Below are positions 36,601-49,029 of a DNA stretch of 64,000 nucleotides, piece by piece. A model generated the notes under the pieces. That model saw nothing but the letters and a program-made list of their open reading frames with translations. It had not been told where the DNA came from and did no database searches. The position numbers and the translations under genes are program-made. How positions within the stretch are numbered: position 1 is the stretch's first letter; each line of letters begins with the position of its first letter. The DNA is from Basidiobolus meristosporus CBS 931.73 (lineage: Eukaryota; Fungi; Basidiobolomycota): positions 131,721 through 195,720 of the forward strand of contig MCFE01000053.1 of assembly GCA_002104905.1 (NCBI GenBank), written 5' to 3'.

Positions 36601-37707
36601 TTAATCGAAGGTGATCTTGGTACCGCTGAATTCTCCGACACCACCACGGTTGGAGGAGAATCCACCACGGGAGCCACCGCGACCGCCACGAGCACCACCA
36701 CGGCCTCCGCCACGGCCACCGCGACCACCAAAGCTCTGTCTGCGGTCACCGCCGAAGCTTTGTCTACGGTCACCACCGTCGTTGCTACGGGCAGCGGCGA
36801 AGTCAAGTCTGATGTTACGACCATCAAGATCGCTACCGTTCCATTGCATAGCGGCCTTGGCAGCGTCAATGGAGGCGAATTGAATGTAACCGAAACCCTT
36901 GGGTCTGCCGGTATCTCTGTCAGTAGGAAGTCTGATGGAGAGAACCTCACCGCATTCAGCGAAGGCAGCTCTGATAGAGTCTTCGCTGGAGTTGAAGGAA
37001 AGGTTGCCAATGAAGAGAGTGTCACTGGGCTCGTTGTTCTGGCTCTCGAAAGTTCTTTCGGGCTTCTTGGCGGCGGGCTTACCCTCGGAGAAGTCAACGC
37101 GGATACCACGTCCGTCAATCTCCTTGCCGGAGATCTCCAAAGCGTTCTTGGCACCCTCATGGGTGGCGAATTCGACATAACCGAAACCCTTGGACTTGCC
37201 AGTGGCTCTGTCGGTGATGACACGAACGTCAACGATTTCACCGCACTCCTTCATCTCATCACGAAGCCAGTCATTATCAACGCTCCAAGACAAACCACCA
37301 ACGAAAACGGTAGTGGGGCCTTCCTCGACCTTTTGCTTCTTGGCCTCGGACTCTTCGGATTCCTCAGACTCGTCAGCGGATCTCTTGTTGCTGGACTCCT
37401 CAGCTTCAGCAACCTCCTCAGCAGGAGTGGCCTCGGCCTCGGCTTCAGATTCAGAGGACTCCTCCTTCTCTTCGACGGGGGCAGCGACCTCTTCTTCCTT
37501 GGCCTCCTCCTCGGCTTCAGAATCGGAATCAGCCTTCTTGGACTTCTTCTCCTTCTTTTCCTTCTTCTCCTTCTTTTCTTTCTTCTCCTTCTTCTCCTTC
37601 TTGTCCTTAGGAGTCTTCACCTTCAACTTGTCCTCAGACTTCTCCTTCTTGGGGGTCTTTTCGACCTTGGAGGCCTTGGGGGATTTTTCGGTAACTTTGG
37701 AACCCAT
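36601..37707 (-). CDS. NSR1: Nucleolin-like protein (Nsr1/Gar2): K/E-rich N-terminus, two RRMs, RGG tail
   Basis: TVFVGGLSW..KSKGFGYVEF; TLFIGNLSF..RPKGFGYIQF; RGGRGGGRGGARGG. Confidence 0.95.
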   Translation of the reverse strand: MGSKVTEKSPKASKVEKTPKKEKSEDKLKVKTPKDKKEKKEKKEKKEKKEKKEKKSKKADSDSEAEEEAKEEEVAAPVEEKEESSESEAEAEATPAEEVAEAEESSNKRSADESEESEESEAKKQKVEEGPTTVFVGGLSWSVDNDWLRDEMKECGEIVDVRVITDRATGKSKGFGYVEFATHEGAKNALEISGKEIDGRGIRVDFSEGKPAAKKPERTFESQNNEPSDTLFIGNLSFNSSEDSIRAAFAECGEVLSIRLPTDRDTGRPKGFGYIQFASIDAAKAAMQWNGSDLDGRNIRLDFAAARSNDGGDRRQSFGGDRRQSFGGRGGRGGGRGGARGGRGGSRGGFSSNRGGVGEFSGTKITFD

Positions 37708-38247
37708 AGTGATAGATGACGAGGATCTAGAAGAGAAGAGTGAATATACCCAACGCGAAAGTACCTTCTTATTTAATTCAAAAAAAAAACCTTTTCGTCA
37801 GAATTTTTTTTTCAGACTCACTTGACCTTGGAAGCGCACACCTCGATAGTAACTAATAAGGGTCGTGCTATTCGGGCCACTCGCGTTGGTCAAAAAAAAA
37901 AATACGATTTTTTTTCCTTTGATTTAGGTGGTCCCATTTAAATGCCATTGATCAGCCTTCTAGTGACTCGTCTGTCCAACCCAGTCACGCTGGATTTGGC
38001 CTGCTCCAGCTCGAAAAATCGAAGGCTCCAGCCCTCGATGATTGGCCACTTGGGGTCCATCAATAGGATGGGTCGTTGGTAGGTGCATTCCGGCACCTCG
38101 CCAGCAATCACTGTCACTATCACCGTCACAGCGATTTCGTTCAATGTTTAATAGTAATCATGGAAGCGGTTAAATCATCGCAAAGGCGCTTTAATATCTG
38201 ATTAGACATATGTAACAATGATGGAATGAATATGGTTCCGCTCCAAC

Positions 38248-39923
38248 TTAAATATCCACGTCCCCATTTTTCAGGCGGTAGAGGAAGTTGAAGATTTCAT
38301 AACCATCTTCACGGAGTCCACTATAATGCATCCAAAATCAGCACTCCATATTTGATGCCCTTCCGATTGACATTAAGAGGACTTACTTGTGATGGTATTT
38401 GTTGGTGATCCACTGCTGCATTCCCTTGATGGTGTTGGCAGTTTGTTCGCTGAGAACCACATCGACAAACCTGTCATTCCGTAGAATTAGTGTCTCGGTT
38501 GGGTGGCTGAATTTGGTGGCGATACTTACATGTCGTTGTAATAAGATACAGCGGCCACTGGGACGGTGTTCTGACGAAGCTGATTTTCGTCATACAGAGG
38601 ACCCCAGCTTTCATAGTTGGCGGTGATCTCTGCCGCCTCTTTAAGAGGTCTCAATTCGGCATAATCGTCAAACATCCAGGAGTACACCATTTCACCTGGT
38701 CCATATGTGAGTATCTATCAGAGGGAGAGGGATGGAAAGCGAAGTGCGCCCTAAACGGTTACCTGTGAAATAGACGGGCTTCTCGGAGTTGTTATGATAA
38801 GCATCCCAGTTGCTTTCAAACTGGTTGTATTCAGCCCGCACCCTTTCGGCTGCCCACCTGTGGGACTCGCCTTGACAGTAGATGGACTCGTGTAAGATTG
38901 CATAAATGTTGTTGGTGTCAAAGGATTGGAGTTCCTGGACATTCTCCAAGAACTTATACGAAAGTTTTCCCAAGGTCTCCAAGTTGGAAGCACCGGTCAA
39001 GACTACTTGATGGACCGTGTCAAAGCCACCTGTAAATCCGAAGAAAAGACCAAGCTGTTGGAAACGACGAACCGTAAGGTCACCGCCGTTTGGAACCTTG
39101 GTGGGATGGCTGGCCAGGTATTCTACAATCGCCCTCACTCTTGATACATCCTTAGGGTATTTCTGGTAGTATTGTTGGTTTCGCTTGATAACACGCTTAT
39201 ACAGCCGTTGGTATACAGAATCCGGGTTGTTCACGAGTGGTGGAACTCCACCAGTAATGAGCGCGAACTCCAAACTTTCCGGGAATAGGGAAAGATAGGT
39301 GGTGATACAAAAACCACCGAAACTCTGGCCCAAAAGAGACCACTTTTGGTTGTCCCTATCCTTAAGTAACTCTTTACGGATTATCTCACAGTCTTTGATG
39401 ATAGAGTCAGCCCGGAAATATCTCAGATACTCTGCCTTTTCCTCGGCGGTTGAGAATTTCTCCAAGGAGGTGGTGTTGATGGCGGTGGAAAGCCCGGTTC
39501 CTCGTTGGTCAAGAAGGAGAACCTGATACCCTTTATCAAAGGCTGCCTTCATCCAACCACTATTGCTGGGAAGACGACACTCGAAACCCGGACCACCCTG
39601 TTCACATACATGGTTAGCCTCTTATCCCACGTTTTCTTACTGTGCTCAAACTGACCTGGAGGTAAACAATGAAAGGAAGCTTCTCCACATCTTGGGACTT
39701 CTCCAAAGGGAGCACTTGGCGTGCAAAAATTCGAATTTTCTCACCATTCTCGTTGTTATGGTCTATTGGATACTCAGACGTATAGCTTGTTAGCAAGCCA
39801 CGTTCGAATAAAAAATGCGAGTCGCTGAAACTGAAGAAACATACCGAGGGGGACTTCGAAATATTTGTCGAACACCTTCAAACCGGGGAGTACATAGGAT
39901 TCCACTTCGTGCAACTGAGTCAT
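38248..39923 (-). CDS. Proline iminopeptidase (alpha/beta hydrolase, S33), multi-exon
   Basis: MTQLHEVESYVLPGLKVFDKYFEVPL|..YLQ|GGPGF..LLDQRGTGLST..WSLLGQSFGGFC..LITGGVPP..LHESIYCQG..HHNGLREDG. Confidence 0.9.
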
Positions 39924-40842
39924 ATTGAGCAAGGTATTCCGTTAAGCTGTTGATGACGGTGAATATTTCACTGAGCATGAAAATCACCATTCGTAATTGA
40001 CTTTGCAGTACGAATCTTCGGTTCCACCAGGTTTCATTGGTTGAGACTCCACTTTAGCTCAAGCACGCCTAAACGTAAATTAAATAGATTTTACGCAATT
40101 TGCATATAATATATCTGGAATTATAAGAAATCGCTACCCCTTTATGATCGATGAGTCTCGATACGATTAACCGATACACATCCAGTGATTAGCCACTGAT
40201 CAATTTTCCTCTCCGTGACTCACGTTTACTTTATTGATGTAAGACACAAGAAGCATGTCTATTGGCTACCAAAGTTCAGAATGATTGGAGGAAATAAACT
40301 CACTCACCTTACAGATAAGGAAATTTGTTAGAAGCGGACTTACCTGATACCACCGATGAATGGACAACTTGTTATGAACTTCACTAATATATGGCAAAAA
40401 AAGCAATTCAAGAGACACCCAGAACCAGGAAATGATCAGACTTCGGAGGAATTGGGGCCAATTTTCGATTCCTAATCTTGGAGATCTATTTGATAAATCA
40501 AAGGAAAGCCACCAATTGGAAGCGACGGTCCTGCCCGACAGAATTGCAGTATTTACCAAACACCACAGGGCCAAATGAAGTAGTCGGGTTCCATCGAAGG
40601 TAATACAACCATCTTATGAATTGGGCTGTACATTATGTCTAGTGTGAACCAAGATGGTGATTAAGTATTCATAGATTTGATGGCATCTGATGGGGTGTTG
40701 TGCGTTTGCTGCATGCGTACAATTTATTAGGTGGATGAAGATGCCAATAAAGTCTACTGTATTCGGGAAATATACAACAATGAGTAATGCAAATGGCCGA
40801 AATCAATTGGGCGGAAGCTCTCAAAATGTGTCTACGAACAAG

Positions 40843-41604
40843 TTACCAAATTTGCACTCCTTCATCAAAATACCCTTCATACCTATGGCCAGGGATGCGT
40901 GTGGTGCGCACTGGAGTCAAGGTGGAGAGTATCTCTTTGCTAGGTTTCACCTCATCCTTACTGGGAAGACAAAACTCGATACATTTGCGGATGGATTTGG
41001 CTGGTCGCTTGGGCATTGCGGTAACCTCCGACTCATTCCCTTCGCTGTCAGAAGATTGCAACATTACCGAAAGCAACGATACTCTTTTTTGTGGCGCGCT
41101 ACTGGGGCAGACTTTGTTGAAACACAGTCCAGATCTGTTCGAGCTCATCTTCGGTGTACCATGTTGTTTAAACGGAGCGCGGGTTTGATCCTTCTGTGAT
41201 ACGAACCCTTTGGGAGGTGGGCTGAAATACACCTTTTGATCTCTTCTTGAGATCTGAGAAACCAACTCCGCGGCATCATCCTCGCTAGAGCAGGCCATTA
41301 ATCCAGGCATGGGGACGAGATCATCATATTCGTTTATAAAACTCATTAGTTTCATCTCAGTATCGGAACCAGCAGCAGCCATGATGCGCTCGAACCCAGT
41401 CATGTTGCGAGTGTCGTCAGCACACAATGTTGAGCAACTGCTGTAAGTAGATTGTCGGTTGGGTTCAGAAGTCTCCCGAGTAGCTCGGACTCTCTTCTGA
41501 GGAGTTTTTACGCTGCCTTTGCAAGTATATACAGAGGGTGACTTGTGTACAGCGGTGGAAGGTTGTGGGGAGTTGAGCGCCAAAGTATCGCTTTTAATGG
41601 CCAT
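40843..41604 (-). CDS. Intronless Ser-rich protein of unknown function
   Basis: 253-codon ORF from ATG 41604 with short motif-like segments (KVYF, SLLSVML, KCIEF, C-terminal YFDEGVQIW); no domain confidently recognised. Confidence 0.55.
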   Translation of the reverse strand: MAIKSDTLALNSPQPSTAVHKSPSVYTCKGSVKTPQKRVRATRETSEPNRQSTYSSCSTLCADDTRNMTGFERIMAAAGSDTEMKLMSFINEYDDLVPMPGLMACSSEDDAAELVSQISRRDQKVYFSPPPKGFVSQKDQTRAPFKQHGTPKMSSNRSGLCFNKVCPSSAPQKRVSLLSVMLQSSDSEGNESEVTAMPKRPAKSIRKCIEFCLPSKDEVKPSKEILSTLTPVRTTRIPGHRYEGYFDEGVQIW

Positions 41605-42709
41605 TTTCAACGGAGTGATATTATAAGAGAAGCTTTACAAAAGGGTCGAGAGTGAATTTACAACTGTGAATCTACAAAATAAATAAGCGGCGGGGGAGTC
41701 GAACGGTTGTTGCGAGAAGCGAGGGGCGGCTGTATACTTTGTGTGGTAGCGGTTTGCGCGCGCAAAGTTAACGTCTGTTGTCAAGAATATGCACGAGTGA
41801 ACAGAAACGAAATAAACTAGGTGCCAATTTGAGTTAATATACAAAAAAGCCCAGGATCTAGCCAACGTTAATGGGGAGCATTTTGGCCCAAATGGAGCGG
41901 TTACATTACGATCGATTGAAATATTGTTATGCCCAAATATGTACGTACCTTAACAAACCAATGACATCAGAGAAGTGTATATATGTTTATGTTCCATTGA
42001 GAAAGATGCGTTTCTTCTAGACTTGACTGGCTGTGTTAATCGTTTCTCACAATCGATCAAGTCAATCAAAATCACGCATACCACAGAATTTACAAATATA
42101 GCAATTCGTATTAGCACATGCTATGGAAGGGGCATAAATTGAGTGAGACTGGGTGTATTATGCTGTCGGAGGATCAGGCATTGAACACACTTCAGCCACC
42201 CCAATATTCTCCTAAATGTTAACAATAGCATTGCAAAGCTGGGAATGCTAGCCAAGTTTGATTCAAGTTCAGGTGACATGATGGTCAAGTTAGACTTCAT
42301 AGACTAGCCAAGGTGTATGGGTAGAGGGAAATGGCGTGTCTAGAAGTGATTCACACGCGAAACGCCGTGGGGTAGAAACCTCTAAAACGTATTTATGCTC
42401 TCCGATCACTTACATTTAGTAGGTTTCAATTTATCGAGAAAGGTAAAAGATCAATCGTCAATGCGGGGGAGTTGATATCTGGGTGAGCAAGGAGTCGCGG
42501 GGAGGAGGGTTGAGGAGAGAGATCCATGTCAGTAGTATCTGTGTAATCTCACCTGCATCTTGTATGCGGGTGGGTAGTTCAATACATTGTGTGACTAGCA
42601 GCCGTTGACTGAAGGGATGTATGGTGGAGAAACAGCCATGGAAGATGTATGTATTACGATATCACTACTCCTTTGATTGTTTCTGTATTTTTATATAATC
42701 CATGTGAAT

Positions 42710-43474
42710 CTATTTAATCGTATTTGAGAGATAGAGGTGCACAGAGCGGCGATACTTGGCATTTTGGCATAGCCACTCAAGTCCCTCACACAGCCCTTCT
42801 CCAGTGGTGGCACACGTGGGATAAACGATCCATTTGCGCCCCTGTATCTTGTGTAGTTCGAGCACCTCGGGAGTTTTGCTCGGTGACATGGCTAGATAAA
42901 GTCAAAAGTGCTTGTGCATTATAATCGCTTAGCTAGTTAGCTCCGTACCTGCGGGAAGGTCTTACTTGTTGGCAAGTAATAACAAAAGACAGCTTTTCAT
43001 TTCTTAATCGCTTAGAATTCGATGCAATTCTTGCCGTGCTTCAACAATACGATCCTGATCATACGAATCCAAGAGTCCCGGCATAGTAGTATCGCCATAA
43101 TGGCCGGATATGGTCTTGTCCGCCAACATCCTACGGCAATCTGATAGTTTTGATGCACTCAAGTAATGGTTTTCCCTTCTCAGCGGGCAATCTCACCCAG
43201 ACATTGAGTTTTTCATTCTTGTACGATACAGTCTCTATCAAACCCAACAGTTGGGATGATCCGGACTATCTGATTCAGCTTGAGCTTATAGAGAATGGCT
43301 ATGGTGCACGAAGGCTAGAGTCAAGGTCAACACGCTGTAGGGTTTCTCTTGTAGACTACAGGTTGAAATACGCAAGGATACTGGTTTTCCCTGCTGCATC
43401 CAAGCCCACATCGATATACCTATCACCTTGTTCCCAAAGAACTTACTAATAATTCTTGACAGTGAAGCACTCAT
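42710..43474 (-). pseudogene. ARF6: ARF6-like small GTPase pseudogene (unprocessed; introns retained)
   Basis: Piecing frames gives FFGNK..(V)GLDAAGKT|TILYKLKL..IPTVGF..ETVSYKN..NVW|DVGGQDHIRPLWRYYYAGT..LDSYDQDRIVEARQELHRILSD*EMK..LLLANK*DLP..WIVYPTCATTGEGLCEGLEWL. Frameshifts, a deletion, and stops at 43004 and 42962. Confidence 0.9.
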
Positions 43475-43716
43475 GTCACCGAAGTGATAGAGAACGCGCA
43501 GGAGAGGTGTGCAGATATAACCTTGGTTTGGATTTGAGGGGTACCATAACCTCAAGTTATCAGCTGTGTTTGACATTTGTTTCATTGTGGGTAATTGAAA
43601 TCAGGCAGTGGGAAGACTTAATCCTGAGGCGGAATCAACTGCGATGTGTTCTAGGCGTTTGGCAATTAATTTATTACAGATATATGGCTTGCGTATAATA
43701 GATGGTATATGTGTGG

Positions 43717-44634
43717 TCATTTGAACATATTTTTGGGGGTAGAACAAGCAAAGAACTCGTATAAAAAGCCGCCAATGACTGCACCTAGAGCGGGCCCAAT
43801 CCAAGGTACCCAGAAGAAGTGTTGGCCACCAACCCAAGGGATATCCCCCCAGCCTGCAATCGACATGAAGATTCTTGGTCCCATGTCACGGGCTGGGTTC
43901 ATGGAATAACCTGTAAGGGAGCCGAAGCTGAGGCCAATACCAGTGATCATCATTCCAAGTGCCAATGGGGCATAGTGGGTAGCACCAGCATTGAGCTTGT
44001 CGGTGATAGCAAAGATACTGGCGGCAAAGAATGCAGTATCAACCAGTTCAGCGTAAAAGGCATTGCCTGTGGACATATGGTCTGGGAGGAAGGCTGCAAA
44101 GAGGCCGGCTGATTCGATTCCACGATGACCGTTCTCAAACTTCACAATCTGTGCGTGGAAGTAGGTGTAATTCAGCAGAGCAGCACAAAAAGCTCCCAAG
44201 ACTTGAGCAATGATGTACCAGGGAACCTTCTTCCAAGGAAATCCACGGTTTACTGCCATTGTAAGGGTGATGGCTGGGTTGATGTGACCACCAGAAATGC
44301 CTGCACACATGTACAATCCCAACATGAAGCCGAATCCAACTCCCCAGCAGATGGTATTACCAACAGCAGAGTACCCGCCGATCTCCATCTTGCATTGCTG
44401 TACTACGCCAATGATAAAGCTTACGAACACGAATGTTCCAAAGAACTCCGCAATGTATTCACGGTTAGAGGCACGGATGTTGCCCAGAGCTCCAGCGTTC
44501 AGGAACCGTTGCATGCTAGATAGGTCCTCGATGGGACTGACTTTGCCAGGGAGATCTTGGTTCAGCTGATCATGAGAGACCTTGATGGTGGCAGAAGAGC
44601 TGTTGTCAGGTATAGTGATGTGTTGGTCAGTCAT
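43717..44634 (-). CDS. Aquaglyceroporin (MIP family, GlpF/Fps1-like), intronless
   Basis: AEFFGTF, SGGHINPAITL, GYSMNPARDMGPR, WVPWIGPALGAVIGG. Confidence 0.95.
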   Translation of the reverse strand: MTDQHITIPDNSSSATIKVSHDQLNQDLPGKVSPIEDLSSMQRFLNAGALGNIRASNREYIAEFFGTFVFVSFIIGVVQQCKMEIGGYSAVGNTICWGVGFGFMLGLYMCAGISGGHINPAITLTMAVNRGFPWKKVPWYIIAQVLGAFCAALLNYTYFHAQIVKFENGHRGIESAGLFAAFLPDHMSTGNAFYAELVDTAFFAASIFAITDKLNAGATHYAPLALGMMITGIGLSFGSLTGYSMNPARDMGPRIFMSIAGWGDIPWVGGQHFFWVPWIGPALGAVIGGFLYEFFACSTPKNMFK

Positions 44635-46173
44635 TGCTGTTGTGGATGTATCAATGCTTGCGGTGTAGAGTTTGAGCGTCTTTCCCTCCACTTTTATAAT
44701 CCCCGCGTCCTCATTTGGTTGAATCTACTGGCGTTGATAGTCTAAGCAATTTAGCGAATTTCCCCAAGGTTTGTCCAGGATTAGCTCAAGTTCGCTTGCT
44801 AGGCTTATTTTTCACTCGTTACATCATTCCTTGACCGTGTTGTATTCGACCTGATGAATTCTATTGGTTTTTTATAGCACTACTAGGCGTAGAATTTCCA
44901 TCCAGCGTTAATTTTTCTAATCCAGGGGAACCAATGGTATATGCTATGACCTTCAAGCTAATGCGTTTTTAGTGGCGCGCTCCTTAAGCTACAAATGAAT
45001 CTGACCATAATGGAAATAACGATACATGATTTGCTTGAAAGGATGTTTATCTTCTTTACTTGCTCTGAATTGGTTACCAAGCCGCTGGCGTATCGTGGAT
45101 TTCTTTAAATGTTACCATTCACTTGGCAACCTCGCTTTGAACCATCTAACTTTAGCAAGCCAAACATAGTAAGCAAATCGCCTCTTGATACGCACCCCAT
45201 TCGGCTTTTGGGGACCGACTGATTTCTCGATCTCGGCTTTTTATACTTAGTATGATCAAACGATCAGTAATAGGTATGTTTAGTTAAGCACCATTTTAAG
45301 TTTACTCTCGGATATTTGGCTAATATCTCACGAACTAGATTGAAAGTCAATTGTGCAGAATCCAGCCATTATCAAAGCTAGTGAAGCCCTGGGTGTATTC
45401 AAAATCCTCAGTCCCAACTAGAAGACCCCAAGATCCACACGTATCTCCAGAGACCTTGTCTGAAAACTCCTTTTCGTTGTTTCTGCAATAGCTCAGAAGT
45501 GCAGTACTGCATTGAACTCAAAACCAACCTGTGAATAATATATAAATCTTCTAGCTTTCCATACCCCTTTCTGCACTCTCCAAACACTTGCAACCAAATT
45601 AAATTTCGGATTAACTTGCCTATAATTATGAAAGAAGTGCTCAGTGCTTAAGATTACTTTCGATTCTTCAATATCCTGACAATTCTTAGGAGCTGTCAAT
45701 ACACATTCTAAATGTAAGCATCATATATAAAAGTTGTTTGGGCTGGACCAGCTATTGGATACATGTTTTCCCCATATTTATCAATTGTGAGGTATATGGT
45801 CATTAAAAACTTGAGCTTGAAGTGCAGCTGACCATGAGTTGTGCTATAGTGATCCACACCATGTTGTAATCTCATATAACTACACACATACTTTGATTTT
45901 GCGCATGTGGAATTTTGGGAGTTCTCTGAAAAGATAGAGATGGCTAAGATCTATATTATGTATCTCTCCACACTAATTATCAATACTAAGTCATACTATA
46001 GAAGCTTACCATTTACTTGATGGTTGGTGCTTGAGAATCACTTGGAGAATAGGGGCTCACAATTTATTAATCACTAATCTGAAGTCAAAATTGTTGATAA
46101 AATGGCTTCTGAACTTTACAGTTGCCCCACAAAAGAACTTTCAATTACTTTTTGCTGGTCTTCCGGTCACGAC

Positions 46174-46525
46174 TGTTGTAAGCTTCTTAATTACACCTAA
46201 ATATTTGCCCAACTTGGTCATTTAGATCATTGTCTACAAATCTTAGAGAGTTCTGGCCATATTCCTTGTTAGGATTTACTTGGAATATTTTCACCAAAAC
46301 ATCAGGTACCCAGAATATGAAATTTTGTTAAGTTGTCCAAATAGCCCCAAAATTTGCACACATGTTCTTGGAACCTTTCTAAGCATATTCTATGTGTTAA
46401 TACTTGCCAAGACCATGTAAAAGTATAAATACTACTTTTACATTCAATAAATCATTAAGTGAAAACCACATAATCTACTTGTTCTCCCAATCACTTCCAA
46501 TATCTCCAAAACTCTTAGAACAACA
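46174..46525 (+). mobile_element. Solo LTR of the Copia family (no clear TSD)
   Basis: TGTTG..CAACA ends; matches the reverse complement of LTR 56623-56972 along its length. Flanks ACGAC and TGTTG differ. Confidence 0.88.
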
Positions 46526-47700
46526 TGTTGCTTCTAACCTTACAGAATTTCGGTAATATACATAGCATATGAACAGCGTATCCAGAATAGCCTACCCTAC
46601 CAATGCCCCTAACCATGACTGTTGGTGCTCGTAGCTTCATCAAAGCTTAAATATATTCCATTCCAAGTATAACGTTTCTTCTTCGAGGGGTTGTAAATAA
46701 TGGCACATGAATACTACGTGATGAGAGTAAACGGTTAAATTGGGCATTTGCATTGTAAATCAACCGGAAACATGGATGATGAGCTTAGTACTCACTCCAA
46801 ATCTCAGGATCGCTACTCGGTGAAATAATCTTGAAGAGTAAGAGCTGTAGAGTCCATGATGACCTCTTTGGCAATTAAGTGATACCCCTCCCCATATTGG
46901 ACACTCTACCTAACCTAATGGGAGATTGCCACGATGTTGATATGCATGTTGGTGAAAGAAGGGGGTATTATGTAATTTAGGTAAGGTTACATAGGCATGG
47001 TTACATCAACAAGAAATGGCAAACCCGAAGAATTCGGTGGGATCATCTGACCGAACAACACGCTGATGGGAACCAGGCCTCTCCTTGTCGCTTACAAAAC
47101 CCACCCACTCAATCTGTCGTCGGATTGGTGGATGTAGCGGGAGCATGGGGTGTAGTGCAAAGACCAATCTTGGGTCTAGATGCCAGGAATTGATACACTG
47201 CAGGGAGGCGGATTCAAGTTTGCCACTCAGATCTAGATGAATCAATGGGAAACGGTGGGAACAACTGAATCCGAATAGCTAAATCATTTGGTAATCAGTG
47301 ATCCGGACTCTTTATGGCCTCTGTACAACGCTTGTCGCAATAATCCCGAGGTTTTCACCAATGATAACTCCATGGTTCCCGATAAGCCCGTAGGCACAAA
47401 TAGCTGCCGTGCTAGATCCTTAGCTTGAGTAACCTAGCTGTCACAAACACGCAACTCAGATGCGGAAAAATGGCTAATTTCAATGGTTTAATGTGAAGTT
47501 CTAAGGAAAAGTACAGAGATGTTACAGTGAAAGTGATCGATTAATTGGCAAATAAATCATCAAAAATTGATGTTGTATCTCAAGTAAGTATACAGGTGGA
47601 CGTCAAGAAGGGAAGACTGATGATGACTATGTACATGCACATACGTTAAGAAACAGAATCCTCGCTACAAAAGTATTTAGTCAAGAGCGAGCAAAATACT

Positions 47701-49029
47701 TCAGTGACAAGTGGCGGAGAAGTGCGGTATATTTCGCTCTCTTAGATACGAGCCAAATAGCGTGTCAAATGACTGCTCTTCATCTTTGGTGAATGAGGGT
47801 CTTCTCCATGGAATATCATCGCTTGGATTGGGCCAAAACTCCAACCGACGCTCCTTAAATATCTCCTCTATCTCTCTAGGCACTGATAGGGGCTTGAAGG
47901 CCTCCGTTCCAGCTTGTATAGTCGGGGAATTGTCGGATTTTGAATCCGACTCCGAATTGGAGCTTAAAATGGAGAGACTCCGACCAACCCCGTCGGTAGA
48001 GAGCCGCTTCGATGCAGGTGTGTGATATTCAGCGAAGGAGGATATTCTGCGATGCTGTGAGGGAAAGCTTACATCCTCTAATGATTTTCGTTTTACTGGA
48101 TTACTTTCGATAGAGTCCTCAGAATTATGGCGTCTGTAGAGGAAATACGTTAGCACTTTGGTTGGCACATAGCATACACTACGTGGAAATTGCTTACACT
48201 TTGGACCGATGTTCTTTGCGAATTCGGATCCGCACTCCTTGATCGGAGAAGGATCTGGAAAGAAAAGTAGACTCAGCCATGCCCGGGAACAACTTGGGCG
48301 GATAGACTGTGAAAACATCAGAGTAGGCTGTTGCTAAAGGGACGGCACTTTGACTGCAAATCGAAGATTAGCATAGTGAAACCTCGAAGCTAACAGCTTC
48401 ATGTCTTACCTGATTATCTCAAAAAGGCTGAATTGAAGTCGAAATTGACCTTCGACACGGACGGACACGTCAGAGAACACAAAAAACCCGCCATCTATTT
48501 TGGTATGTTAGTCGATAGTAAATCGAGCCTTTAGCTATCAGATTGTCTAATTACCAGTATTGTCGACATCTTTCAGCTTGTATAGGGATGATGCTAGCGT
48601 GCCTGTAAGGCTTCTGGGTGACAGTTGCGTGGTATCGGATGGGTTCGCTGGCACTAAGCTAGCGTACATTACGAAATATGGATTCTGTAGATAATCACTT
48701 GAAAATCATTTGGTTAGCAATCATCCCTAAAATTACGCAATATCATATGAAATACATACTCATTATCTTCATAGCCGTCGACTTTGATCTGAACTATAGG
48801 CGGGGGATCGATAGGTCTACGGTCCACTTTTTCCTTTGAGCTGCACAAACGTGCTTGCTTGGGTTGTTGGCGCACGATGAGAGAGTAAGATCTATATTTG
48901 AATTAACTAAGCTGGCTATGGTACAACCTTTGAAATAAAACCCGCTTACCCTCCGGGCTGATATCCAAGGCTCTCGAGGTCAGGAAGGAATTTGTATCCG
49001 TTCGTAGCAATGGGGTGTGATTTTGCCAT
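47701..49029 (-). CDS. Velvet-domain transcription factor, VosA-like (multi-exon)
   Basis: Spliced peptide [120 protein letters not shown]. Confidence 0.92.

Noticed and set aside
37790-37920. A/T tracts upstream of NSR1 resembling an RRPE element
   Set aside because: They fit generic nucleosome-depleted poly(dA:dT) sequence, and the match to the motif is too loose to call.
40266-40574. 102-aa ORF upstream of the proline iminopeptidase gene
   Set aside because: Non-ATG start, no motifs and no splice evidence.
45340-45720. Protein-like fragments on the minus strand (possible decayed gene)
   Set aside because: I could not assign a family or a consistent splice pattern.
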